In this document: in pieces, positions 54,163 to 62,512 of the stretch
Position numbering within the stretch: the stretch's first letter is position 1
Layout of the letters: every line of letters starts with the position of its first letter
Assembly (NCBI GenBank): GCA_050949315.1
Contig: JBMNFL010000001.1
Location: 288,001 to 352,000, forward strand
Direction of reading: 5' to 3'
DNA length: 64,000 bases
DNA from: Bacilli bacterium
GTDB lineage: Bacteria > Bacillota_I > Bacilli_A > RFN20 > UBA1709
The notes under the pieces: model-generated
Told to the model about the DNA's origin: nothing
What the model saw: only the letters and a program-made list of their open reading frames with translations
Databases searched by the model: none
Translations under genes and position numbers: made by a program

Positions 54163-54326
54163 AAGCCCAGGTGCAGCGATTCCCCTTTGGGAAAGGTGGG
54201 CGACGATAGTTAGATCTTTAGGATTCCGCCCTTCGAAATGACCTTAGCCAGGCGGCCTTCAACACCAATCTAATATGTTTGTCTCCCCGCGTGTTTGTGT
54301 TGGAAATATATTTAACACCCAGGCAA
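54163..54326 (-). ncRNA. ssrS: 6S RNA
   Basis: Terminal stem GCCUGGGUGU/GCACCUGGGC and internal CCCACCU; extended -10 TGTTATAAT on the minus strand at 54331-54339; size about 165 nt. Confidence 0.75.
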
Positions 54327-54465
54327 ACTAATTATAACACAAAATTTAAAATTGGTCTTTTTAAAATTAAAAAAACTAAAAAGTAAAGATATTTTCAAAA
54401 AAATCTTGCTTTTAAGGGTGAAAGTATGCTAGTATGATAATGCTTTAAAAATGGAGGAAATACAT

Positions 54466-54741
54466 ATGAACAAAGCTCAATTAATCGAAAGAGTCGCCGA
54501 AAAGGCTGGATGGACTAAAAAGGACAGTGCTTATTTCACCAATTTGCTTCTTGATGAAATTATTGCCTGCCTCAATAGAGGCGAGAGTGTTAAACTTAGT
54601 GGCTTCGGGAATTTCAATGTAAAACATAAAGAAGCTAGAACCGCTACTAACCCAATTACTAAGGAACCAATCAAAGTTCCTGCCGTTAATAAGGTTTCGT
54701 TCAGGCCATCAGATATTCTCAAAGAAAAAATTAACGCCTAA
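54466..54741 (+). CDS. hup: DNA-binding protein HU
   Basis: MNK.QLI, GFGNF and R...NP.T motifs. Confidence 0.93.
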   Translation: MNKAQLIERVAEKAGWTKKDSAYFTNLLLDEIIACLNRGESVKLSGFGNFNVKHKEARTATNPITKEPIKVPAVNKVSFRPSDILKEKINA

Positions 54742-54748
54742 TTAAATT

Positions 54749-54770
54749 AACACCCTCCGGGGTGTTTTTT
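54749..54770 (+). terminator. Terminator after hup
   Basis: AACACCC-TCCG-GGGTGTT followed by Ts. Confidence 0.85.
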
Positions 54771-54812
54771 AAAAATAAATATCTTATAATGTAAATAATA
54801 GGAGGGAAAAAT

Positions 54813-55487
54813 ATGTCCATTCAACTGCTTATCATTTTTTTATCAATAATTATATCTTTCGCTGTCCAAAGCGGCATGCAAAGAGCCTATAACAAATATC
54901 TTGGTGAAATGACCGCTCGTGGTTTAAATGGTTACCAAGTCGCTTCAATGTTTCTACAAGAAAACGGCGTGCATGATGTCAGTTTTGATTTAATGCCTGG
55001 ACAATTAGCCGATCACTATGATCCTGCTACTAAAACTATTCGCCTTTCCAAAGACATCTACTATGGTACTAGTATTGCCAGTGTAGCAATCGCCTGCCAT
55101 GAGGCCGGTCACGCCTTGCAACATGCTAAAGGCTATACTTTACTTGCTATACGCAATCGTTTAATCCCCACTGTGCAAGTTGCCAGTTCCCTTTCATGGA
55201 TTTGTATTTTCATCGGCTTGCTCTCTGGCTTATTAAACGTTCTCATAATCGGTATTGTGGCCTTAGGAATTATCGCTATTTTCCAACTTGTCACCTTACC
55301 AATTGAATTAAATGCCTCAAATCAAGCTTTGGCTTTTTTAGATAGCACCATTCTCAATGAAGATGAACATGATGGAGCTAAAAAAGTGCTGCGCGCGGCG
55401 GCCTTTACCTATATTGCCGCCTTAGTTATCTCTTTGATGCAGATAGCCCGCTTCCTACTCATCATAATGAACAGTCGGAGAAGATAA
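54813..55487 (+). CDS. Membrane zinc metallopeptidase (YugP-like)
   Basis: DHYDP, HEAGHALQH, TLPIE.NAS and AAAFTY motifs. Confidence 0.9.
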   Translation: MSIQLLIIFLSIIISFAVQSGMQRAYNKYLGEMTARGLNGYQVASMFLQENGVHDVSFDLMPGQLADHYDPATKTIRLSKDIYYGTSIASVAIACHEAGHALQHAKGYTLLAIRNRLIPTVQVASSLSWICIFIGLLSGLLNVLIIGIVALGIIAIFQLVTLPIELNASNQALAFLDSTILNEDEHDGAKKVLRAAAFTYIAALVISLMQIARFLLIIMNSRRR

Positions 55488-55488
55488 A

Positions 55489-56166
55489 ATGACTAACATT
55501 GCCCTAGCCCAAGAGCTCTTCCAATTATTTAAAAAACATGGTCAAGATCTCTACCTTGTCGGGGGCAGTGTTCGTGATTATCTTTTAACTGGCGACTTTC
55601 AGGATTTTGACTTTGCAAGTCCAGCAAAAAAAGAAACAATTCTTAAAATCCTAAATACTGATGATTATGATCCCTTCTCCTTTAAATATGGTAGCATCAA
55701 AACTCACTACCAAGGAAAAGAGATTGTCATCACAACTTTCCGTTTAGAAAGTGCTTATAAAGATTATCGTCATCCCTCTTCTCTAATCTTTACTACCAAT
55801 ATCCAAGAAGACGCTGAAAGACGGGATTTTACCATTAACGCTCTCTATCTTGATGCTGAAGAAAAAATCCATGATTTTTATCAAGGACAAGAGGATTTAA
55901 GAAAAGGGATTATTCGTTGCATCGGTAGCGCCGACCAAAGAATCAAAGAAGACCCCGTTCGTATCTTAAGAGCTTTACGCTTTGCTTTAAAGTTTGATTT
56001 TAAACTTGACAAAGTTTTAGAAACAGCCATTAAAAACAATAAGCATTTACTCCAAAAAATCTCCCCTTATCGTTTAAAAATAGAAATGGATAAATTGAAA
56101 GAAAGCGCTAGTTTAGAAAGCATTAGAGAAATATTTGCTCGCTATGAGCTGAGTCTTGAAATCTAA
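55489..56166 (+). CDS. cca: Short class II tRNA nucleotidyltransferase (CCA-adding)
   Basis: VGGSVRD..DFD, EDAERRDFTINA and EDPVRILRALRF motifs; only 225 aa. Confidence 0.85.
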   Translation: MTNIALAQELFQLFKKHGQDLYLVGGSVRDYLLTGDFQDFDFASPAKKETILKILNTDDYDPFSFKYGSIKTHYQGKEIVITTFRLESAYKDYRHPSSLIFTTNIQEDAERRDFTINALYLDAEEKIHDFYQGQEDLRKGIIRCIGSADQRIKEDPVRILRALRFALKFDFKLDKVLETAIKNNKHLLQKISPYRLKIEMDKLKESASLESIREIFARYELSLEI

Positions 56167-56204
56167 AACGATAGATGCTAGAATAAACGCGTTTCTAAAT
56201 AAAA

Positions 56205-56291
56205 GGCCTCGTGGCGGAATTGGCAGACGCAGTAGACTCAAAATCTACCGAATGTGAGTTCATACCGGTTCAAGTCCGGTCGGGGCCACCA
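56205..56291 (+). tRNA. tRNA-Leu (anticodon CAA), CCA encoded
   Basis: Acceptor GGCCTCG/CGGGGCC, anticodon arm GTAGA-CTCAAAA-TCTAC, long variable arm, GGTTCAAGTCC T-arm. Confidence 0.95.
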
Positions 56292-56485
56292 TACTATTAC
56301 AAGGGTTTTGATACAAATCTAAACCTTTTCTTTTTTGTAAAAAAGTCGTTTTTAAAAACTAAGTTGATATTCTTTTACCCTAAAAAATGAAAAATCGTTG
56401 AGTTTGGGGAATATAAACGATATCTCATTTAATTATTTCTAAATTCTTGTTATAATTAGAACAATTTTATGGAGAAAGATTAAAG

Positions 56486-57169
56486 ATGAAAACTATTGGT
56501 TTACTAGTAGCAGTTGAAATTGAAACTGTTCTTCAAAGTGATCTAAAATTATTAGAAACAATTGAAGTTGGAAAATTTAAGGTTTATAAATATCGATTAG
56601 CAAATTCTGAGCTTATTGTCATTCATTCAGGGGCTGGGCAAACTTTAGCCGCGGCCGCTACGGAAATTCTCATCTCGCTTTTTAAAGTTGAGCTCATTAT
56701 CAATTTTGGTATTGCTGGTGCTTTGAATGAAAAACTAGGTCTCAATAAGGTTGGCATCGTTGAAAAGATTGTTGACTATCAATATGATTTATCGCAGTTT
56801 GATGACCGTGAAGTTGGACGCCATCTTAAATACCCAAATGTTGAAATAATGACAAACAGTAGTCTATTAAAGCAGGCACTCGCCCTAGAACCCCAACTAG
56901 TAAAAGTCACCTGTGCTTCGGGAAATAAGTTCGTTGCTAGCACCAAAGAAAAGCAAGAAATTGAAGAAAAATTTAACTGTGATATTATCGAAATGGAAGC
57001 CGCTTCAATTCAATTAATTGCCGATATGCATGCAATCCCTGTTCTTTTTATCAAAGGAATTTCTGACTCCTTAACTGGCGGTGTTCAACAATATGAAGTT
57101 ATGAAAGAGAAGGCCGCTAGTAGTTGTTTTCGCCTTCTTAAATATTTTCTTGAAAGCGATACCTTCTAA
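56486..57169 (+). CDS. mtnN: 5'-methylthioadenosine/SAH nucleosidase
   Basis: SGAG...AA, INFGIAG, EMEAAS and ISD motifs. Confidence 0.85.
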   Translation: MKTIGLLVAVEIETVLQSDLKLLETIEVGKFKVYKYRLANSELIVIHSGAGQTLAAAATEILISLFKVELIINFGIAGALNEKLGLNKVGIVEKIVDYQYDLSQFDDREVGRHLKYPNVEIMTNSSLLKQALALEPQLVKVTCASGNKFVASTKEKQEIEEKFNCDIIEMEAASIQLIADMHAIPVLFIKGISDSLTGGVQQYEVMKEKAASSCFRLLKYFLESDTF

Positions 57170-57214
57170 AAAAGAATTAAAAGCATCTAGAATTATAACA
57201 AGTTAGTTGTTAAA

Positions 57215-58510
57215 ATGGATATTATGAAACTCAACATTAAACGGACAGTCTATATCGGTTTAGCTTTTTTAACCACTATGCTCTTGTGGCAGGTGTATAA
57301 CTGGTATGTCCCAATTTTTCTTAATGACTTTTTATCAGATGTCTTTGCAGGCGACAAATTAGTTATTGGAATCATCATGGCCTTAGACAATCTTTTTGCC
57401 TTGTTTATGATTCCTTTAATGAGTTACTTTTCTGACAAAACCAAGAATCGTCTGGGTCGCCGCGTTCCTTATATCATCGCTGGTATCTTATTGAGTGCTA
57501 CTTTCTTTGTACTCCTACCCTTTGCTAACGATAGTGGTCATATCTGGCTTCTCATTGCCAACACACTTCTTGTTTTAACGGCTATGAACATCTATCGTTC
57601 CCCCTGTGTAGCTTTAATGCCCGACGTCACACCTAAACCCCTAAGAAGCAAGGCTAACAGTGTCATTAATATTTGTGGCGGTTGTGGGGTGGCCATCGGC
57701 TATCTATCCATCGTCTTCTTTTCCTATGACAATTACATTCCCTTTTTCATTACCAGTGGTGTAATGATCTTGATGCTGATCATCTTTCTTTTTAAAGTTG
57801 ATGAGAAAAAATTTGTGGCAGAATATCGAAAGCAGTTAGAAGAGGCCGGCATCAGTGAAGAAGAAGATCAAAAAGAAGAGATAATTGAAGGTGGTGCCAC
57901 AAAAACCAATTATAAAAATGTTTTGTTGATTTTAGCCGTTGTCTTCTTTGTCTTTATGGCTAATAATGCCGTAGAAACCTTTATTTCTCTTTATAGCGAA
58001 TATGTCTTTGTCGAAACAGTTAGTCTCCCCCTCAACATGAATCCAGGGGCCTTAGTAATCATCCCCTTTGGGATTGGCAGTTTTCTTTGCGCCGTTCCGG
58101 CCGCCTTACTGGCTTCTAAAATAGGGCGTAAAAGAGTTGTAAATATTGGGGCCATCATGATGGCTGGTGCCTATATCGGGGTCAGTATTCTTGGTTATAG
58201 TATGGGCTTTTCCTACTTCCTCTTACTCTTGTTTTTAATTGGGGGCTTTGGTTTTTCCTTTATTACCATCAATATCTATCCCCTTGTTATCGATAACTGC
58301 TCCAGTGAAAATGTTGGTAAATACACGGGGTATTATTACACTGCCTCCATGCTAGCCCAATCAGTAACGCCAGCCGTTGCGGGTCTACTGATGAGTGGTC
58401 TTGTTTTTAATGACATGCGCTTCTTATTTCCCTATGCGACAATTTGTATGATCATCGCTTTACTCGTCAGCCTTCTTATCGTGGATGATAAACTAAAAAA
58501 AGAGTCATAA
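57215..58510 (+). CDS. MFS sugar transporter (MalT/SLC45-like)
   Basis: About 12 TMs; SDKT..RLGRR.PY and ALMPD.TP...RS.AN motifs. Confidence 0.85.
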   Translation: MDIMKLNIKRTVYIGLAFLTTMLLWQVYNWYVPIFLNDFLSDVFAGDKLVIGIIMALDNLFALFMIPLMSYFSDKTKNRLGRRVPYIIAGILLSATFFVLLPFANDSGHIWLLIANTLLVLTAMNIYRSPCVALMPDVTPKPLRSKANSVINICGGCGVAIGYLSIVFFSYDNYIPFFITSGVMILMLIIFLFKVDEKKFVAEYRKQLEEAGISEEEDQKEEIIEGGATKTNYKNVLLILAVVFFVFMANNAVETFISLYSEYVFVETVSLPLNMNPGALVIIPFGIGSFLCAVPAALLASKIGRKRVVNIGAIMMAGAYIGVSILGYSMGFSYFLLLLFLIGGFGFSFITINIYPLVIDNCSSENVGKYTGYYYTASMLAQSVTPAVAGLLMSGLVFNDMRFLFPYATICMIIALLVSLLIVDDKLKKES

Positions 58511-58597
58511 GCCCAGGTGGCGGAATTTGGTAGACGCAATAGATTCAGAATCTATCGGTTTAAAACCATGCCGGTTCAAATCCGGTCCTGGGCACCA
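58511..58597 (+). tRNA. tRNA-Leu (anticodon CAG), CCA encoded
   Basis: Acceptor GCCCAGG/CCTGGGC, anticodon arm ATAGA-TTCAGAA-TCTAT, long variable arm. Confidence 0.95.
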
Positions 58598-58726
58598 CTT
58601 TTAACTCAAAAATTATAGAAAAATGGCTATTTGTACTAAACGCCTAAAAAATCCGTTATTATACTTTTTGAAGAAAAATAAAGTAAAACTAAGTTCTAAT
58701 TCAATATTAAATGCCAATTAAATAGT

Positions 58727-59929
58727 TTAATTCTCATCACCCATTAACCATCTAGCTAAATCAAATACTTTTACACCATCTTTTATTATCATTGGATGTG
58801 TTGTATTTGCTATTACAATTTTAGGATAAGCATCTTTTATAGCAATTAAAGGGGCAATTTCTCTTTTTAATGTTTCTTCTCTACTTATATTATCTGCTAC
58901 TTGAATATAGATTTTTTCACTACCCTTAATAGCAATAAAATCTATTTCTTTTTCATAAAGTTTACCAACATATATATCATATCCACGTCTTAGTAACTCT
59001 ATGGCTACCACATTTTCATAAGCCCTTCCATAATCCATATTCCTAACCCCTAATATAGAATAACGAAAAGACAAATCAGATAAATAATACTTATCGTTTA
59101 TTTCTAAATACTTTTTACCTTTAATATCGTATCTTTTTACTTTATAAAACATAAAAGCATTACACAAATATTTTATATAATTTCCTACAGTTACGTGATT
59201 TGTCTTAGTTTTTATATTATTTAACATGTTGGATATTTTATTAGCAGTTGTAAGATTTGATATATTATCCATTAAAAATTCTGTTAGAGTATCTAATAGG
59301 AAGACATCTTCGATATTATATCTATCTACTAGATCTCTTTTAATCAACGATGTATAAACATCCTTTATATAGGTGTTTGCATCTTCCCCATTTGCATATA
59401 GATATGAGCCCGCTAGGCCTCCTACTTTTAAATAATTTTCTAAATGATGAGAAAAACTATCTTTTATATCAAAGTATTCCAAGTATTCTTTAAAGGAAAA
59501 TGGGAAAACGGGAATTTCTATAAATCTTCCTGTAAATAAAGTAGATAAATCTGAACTCAATAAAAAAGCATTAGATCCAGTCAAGTAAATATCATATTTT
59601 TTACTATTATGTAGGCTGTTAATGGCAATCTCAAATTTAGGACAAAGCTGTACTTCATCAATCATTAAAACATTTTTTGTATTAGGTTTATAGTTGTCTT
59701 CGATATACGAATAAAGACTTTTATAATCTTTTATATCATCATATTTTAAATCGCCATAATCAATTTCTATTAAATTTGTTTCTGGTTCAGTTTCTTTAAT
59801 ATATCTAAAATAGGCTCTCATAAGTTCAGACTTACCAGATCTTCTAATACCCGTAATAATTTTAATATCAGGAGTATTTCTAACTCTTTTAAGTTTATCT
59901 AGATATAAAGTTCTTTCTATAAGTTTCAT
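58727..59929 (-). CDS. AAA_14 ATPase with DUF4143 and C-terminal PD-(D/E)XK-like region
   Basis: GIRRSGKS, IDEVQ, TGSNA..LS..L.T.FTGR, K.Y..D and EIDF..YIQV motifs; visibly more AT-rich than neighbours. Confidence 0.88.
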   Translation of the reverse strand: MKLIERTLYLDKLKRVRNTPDIKIITGIRRSGKSELMRAYFRYIKETEPETNLIEIDYGDLKYDDIKDYKSLYSYIEDNYKPNTKNVLMIDEVQLCPKFEIAINSLHNSKKYDIYLTGSNAFLLSSDLSTLFTGRFIEIPVFPFSFKEYLEYFDIKDSFSHHLENYLKVGGLAGSYLYANGEDANTYIKDVYTSLIKRDLVDRYNIEDVFLLDTLTEFLMDNISNLTTANKISNMLNNIKTKTNHVTVGNYIKYLCNAFMFYKVKRYDIKGKKYLEINDKYYLSDLSFRYSILGVRNMDYGRAYENVVAIELLRRGYDIYVGKLYEKEIDFIAIKGSEKIYIQVADNISREETLKREIAPLIAIKDAYPKIVIANTTHPMIIKDGVKVFDLARWLMGDEN

Positions 59930-59940
59930 AACTATACCTT

Positions 59941-60026
59941 ACTTTCAAGAAAACAATAATTTTATTGTCTTGAAAGCATTATACCCCACACTTTCAACTT
60001 TTACAAGTTTTTGTTGTCTTGAAAGT
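59941..60026. promoter_or_regulatory. Two 37-bp palindromic operator-like sites bracketing the AAA gene promoter
   Basis: ACTTTCAA-N21-TTGAAAG(C/T) at 59941-59977 and 59990-60026; minus-strand TTGTAA-17-TATAAT lies between and within them. Confidence 0.65.
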
Positions 60027-60308
60027 CAAATAATTGTTAAATTTAAAGTTTTTTTAAGTTTGGACTCGTGTTACATAAAAGAATTATAACCACTTGTGAT
60101 TTAATTAGGTTAAATTTGACCGAATTAAAATCAATGTTTTTCAAACTTTCACATTAACCAAGAAAAAAGAATTTTATCAAAAAATAAGCTGTCTTTTTTT
60201 ACCAATTTTAAGGACTTAAGCGATTGTTAATTTTTTCTAGATATGCTACTATAAAAAGGCCTTAGTTTTTGAATTTATTATTCAAAAAAAGATGAAAGGA
60301 TGGTTTAT

Positions 60309-61973
60309 ATGCGCACTTGGTCGGATGTCGCCGAATTAATTTTCCCTGAGGTTAAAGAAAGCCTTGAAGATCTAGAAAAACGCTTTCCACCTCGTAAACT
60401 TAAAGAAGGGGCCATGGTCACTCGTTTCGCCCCATCGCCCACCGGTTTTCTCCATACCGGTTCACTCTTTACCGCCCTTTTAGATTATAAATTCGCTAAA
60501 CAAAGCGAGGGCGTTTTTATGCTTAGATTAGAAGACACCGATCAAAAGCGTGAAGTTGAAGGCTCAGGGCTTTTATTGATTCAAGAACTCGCCAAATTCG
60601 GAGTTAATCCTGATGAGGGTTATCTTGGTACTAAAGAAATTGGTAATTATGGTCCTTATAAACAAAGTGAAAGAGGCGACATCTATAAAGTCGTCGTCAA
60701 AGAATTTATTAAACGTGGCAAGGCTTATCCTTGTTTTTGCAGTCCTCAAGATCTCAAAGATTTAAGAGCCGAACAAGAACGCAATAAGATTAGACCAGGT
60801 TACTATGGCTACTTTGCAAAATATAAATCTCTTGGCCCTGAAGAGGCTTACCAAATGATTAAGGCTGGGAAAAAATATATTATCCGTTTCCGTTCAAGTG
60901 GCAGTTTTTTAAATAAACTACCCGTCTATGATGAGATTCGTGGCGATTTAGAATTAAGTGAGAATGATTTAGATATCGTTATCTTTAAAGGAGACGGCCT
61001 ACCTACTTATCACTTCGCCCATCTAGTCGATGATCACTTTATGCGAACAACTCATGTTATCCGTGGGGAAGAGTGGCTACCAAGTTTGCCTATCCACCTC
61101 GATCTTTTTAAGGCCATGGATTGGCCGGCTCCAAAATATGCCCATGTCCCCGCCATTATGAAAATTGATAAGGGTAATCGCCGTAAACTCTCCAAACGCA
61201 AGGATTTTGAGGCCGCTGTTGGCTTTTTCCTGGAAAACGGTTATCCAATACCTGCCTTCTTAGAATACCTTTATACCATCGCTAATTCTAACTATGAGGA
61301 GTGGCGTAGAGATAATAAAGATCTCCCCTACGATTCTTTTGAATTAGTCTTTGATAAGTTTTCCAAAGATGGTGCTCTCTTTGATTTAGAAAAGATTAAA
61401 TACTTATCTCGGGAATATCTTGCTAGCCTAAGTGCTGAAGAATTCTTAAAAGAATTAAATGCCTGGGCGCAAATATATCAGCCTAAACTTGCCAAGAGAA
61501 TAGAAAAAGATTCACTCTACTTTACTAAAATTTTAAACATTGAGCGCGGTGGACCAAAACCAAGAAAAGACTACGAGAAATATGCTGATGTTGATTATCT
61601 ATCTTCCTTCTTCTTTGAAGAAGAATATCAGGCCTTAGATTTAAAAACTTTCCCTTTTGACTATGAAAGATTTTCTAAAGATTTAATTAAAGAGGTTTTA
61701 GCAAGTTATCAAGAAGTCTTACGTCTTGACCTAAGTGAAGAAGACTGGTTTAACGATATTAAAGAACTAAGTGTTAAATTTAACTTTGCCCCCGCTGTCA
61801 AGCTTTGGAAGAAAAATAAGGATCAATATCCGGGACATGTTGGCGATATCGCTGAAATGATCAGAATCGCCACCACTGGTCGTAAGCAAAGTCCCAATCT
61901 CTACGATGTCTTTCAGGTTCTAGGTTTAGAAGCCTGTAAGAAGCGTCTCAATTATATCGTTAGGGAACTTTAA
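60309..61973 (+). CDS. gltX: Glutamate--tRNA ligase
   Basis: TRFAPSPTGFLHTG, RLEDTDQ, THVIRGEEWL and KLSKR motifs. Confidence 0.95.
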   Translation: MRTWSDVAELIFPEVKESLEDLEKRFPPRKLKEGAMVTRFAPSPTGFLHTGSLFTALLDYKFAKQSEGVFMLRLEDTDQKREVEGSGLLLIQELAKFGVNPDEGYLGTKEIGNYGPYKQSERGDIYKVVVKEFIKRGKAYPCFCSPQDLKDLRAEQERNKIRPGYYGYFAKYKSLGPEEAYQMIKAGKKYIIRFRSSGSFLNKLPVYDEIRGDLELSENDLDIVIFKGDGLPTYHFAHLVDDHFMRTTHVIRGEEWLPSLPIHLDLFKAMDWPAPKYAHVPAIMKIDKGNRRKLSKRKDFEAAVGFFLENGYPIPAFLEYLYTIANSNYEEWRRDNKDLPYDSFELVFDKFSKDGALFDLEKIKYLSREYLASLSAEEFLKELNAWAQIYQPKLAKRIEKDSLYFTKILNIERGGPKPRKDYEKYADVDYLSSFFFEEEYQALDLKTFPFDYERFSKDLIKEVLASYQEVLRLDLSEEDWFNDIKELSVKFNFAPAVKLWKKNKDQYPGHVGDIAEMIRIATTGRKQSPNLYDVFQVLGLEACKKRLNYIVREL

Positions 61974-61975
61974 AA

Positions 61976-62452
61976 ATGCTACCAACCGTCTACATGTTAG
62001 TGGGGATTCCAGGTAGTGGGAAAACTAGTTACGCCCAAAAACTCGCTAAAGAAAAGGTCTGTCCTATCATCAGTACTGATGCCATTCGTAATCTCCATCC
62101 TGATTGGGATGAAACTTTGATCTGGCCAGAAACTTATCGTATCTGTGCTGAAATTTTAAGTAGAGGAGAAGACCTTATCTTTGATGCCACTAATACCACC
62201 CCTAATGTTCGTAAACGTTTTAAAGAAAAACTTGAACCCTACAAGCTAAGTTATCAAATCGCCGCCTACTTCTTCCCCACCCCTTGGGAAATCTGCTATG
62301 AGCGGATTGAAAAAAGAAACAAGATGGCAGGGGAGCGCTACTTCCCCTTAGATAAAGTTAAAAGTTATGCCGATACCATCATCGCTCCTAGTTTAGATGA
62401 AGGCTTTATCTATATTGAAGAAATAAGTATTGATAAACAAAAAGAGGAATAA
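61976..62452 (+). CDS. AAA_33 P-loop kinase
   Basis: GIPGSGKT, STD.IR and DATN motifs. Confidence 0.8.
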   Translation: MLPTVYMLVGIPGSGKTSYAQKLAKEKVCPIISTDAIRNLHPDWDETLIWPETYRICAEILSRGEDLIFDATNTTPNVRKRFKEKLEPYKLSYQIAAYFFPTPWEICYERIEKRNKMAGERYFPLDKVKSYADTIIAPSLDEGFIYIEEISIDKQKEE

Positions 62453-62512
62453 AATTCCTCTTTCTTTTTAAAAGAAAAGACGATCGCTTAAAGCGACCGC
62501 CTTTTTATTTGG

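Noticed and set aside
46448-54800. dif site near parC/parE
   Set aside because: No match to the Bacillota dif consensus was seen by eye.
59941-60026. Possible CRISPR array (37-bp units ending TTGAAAG)
   Set aside because: Only two units with divergent centres, a 12-bp gap that contains a -10 box, and no cas genes; this fits operators better.
58598-60300. Complete integrative element at tRNA-Leu(CAG)
   Set aside because: No integrase and no duplicated tRNA 3' end (attR) was found; at most a remnant islet.
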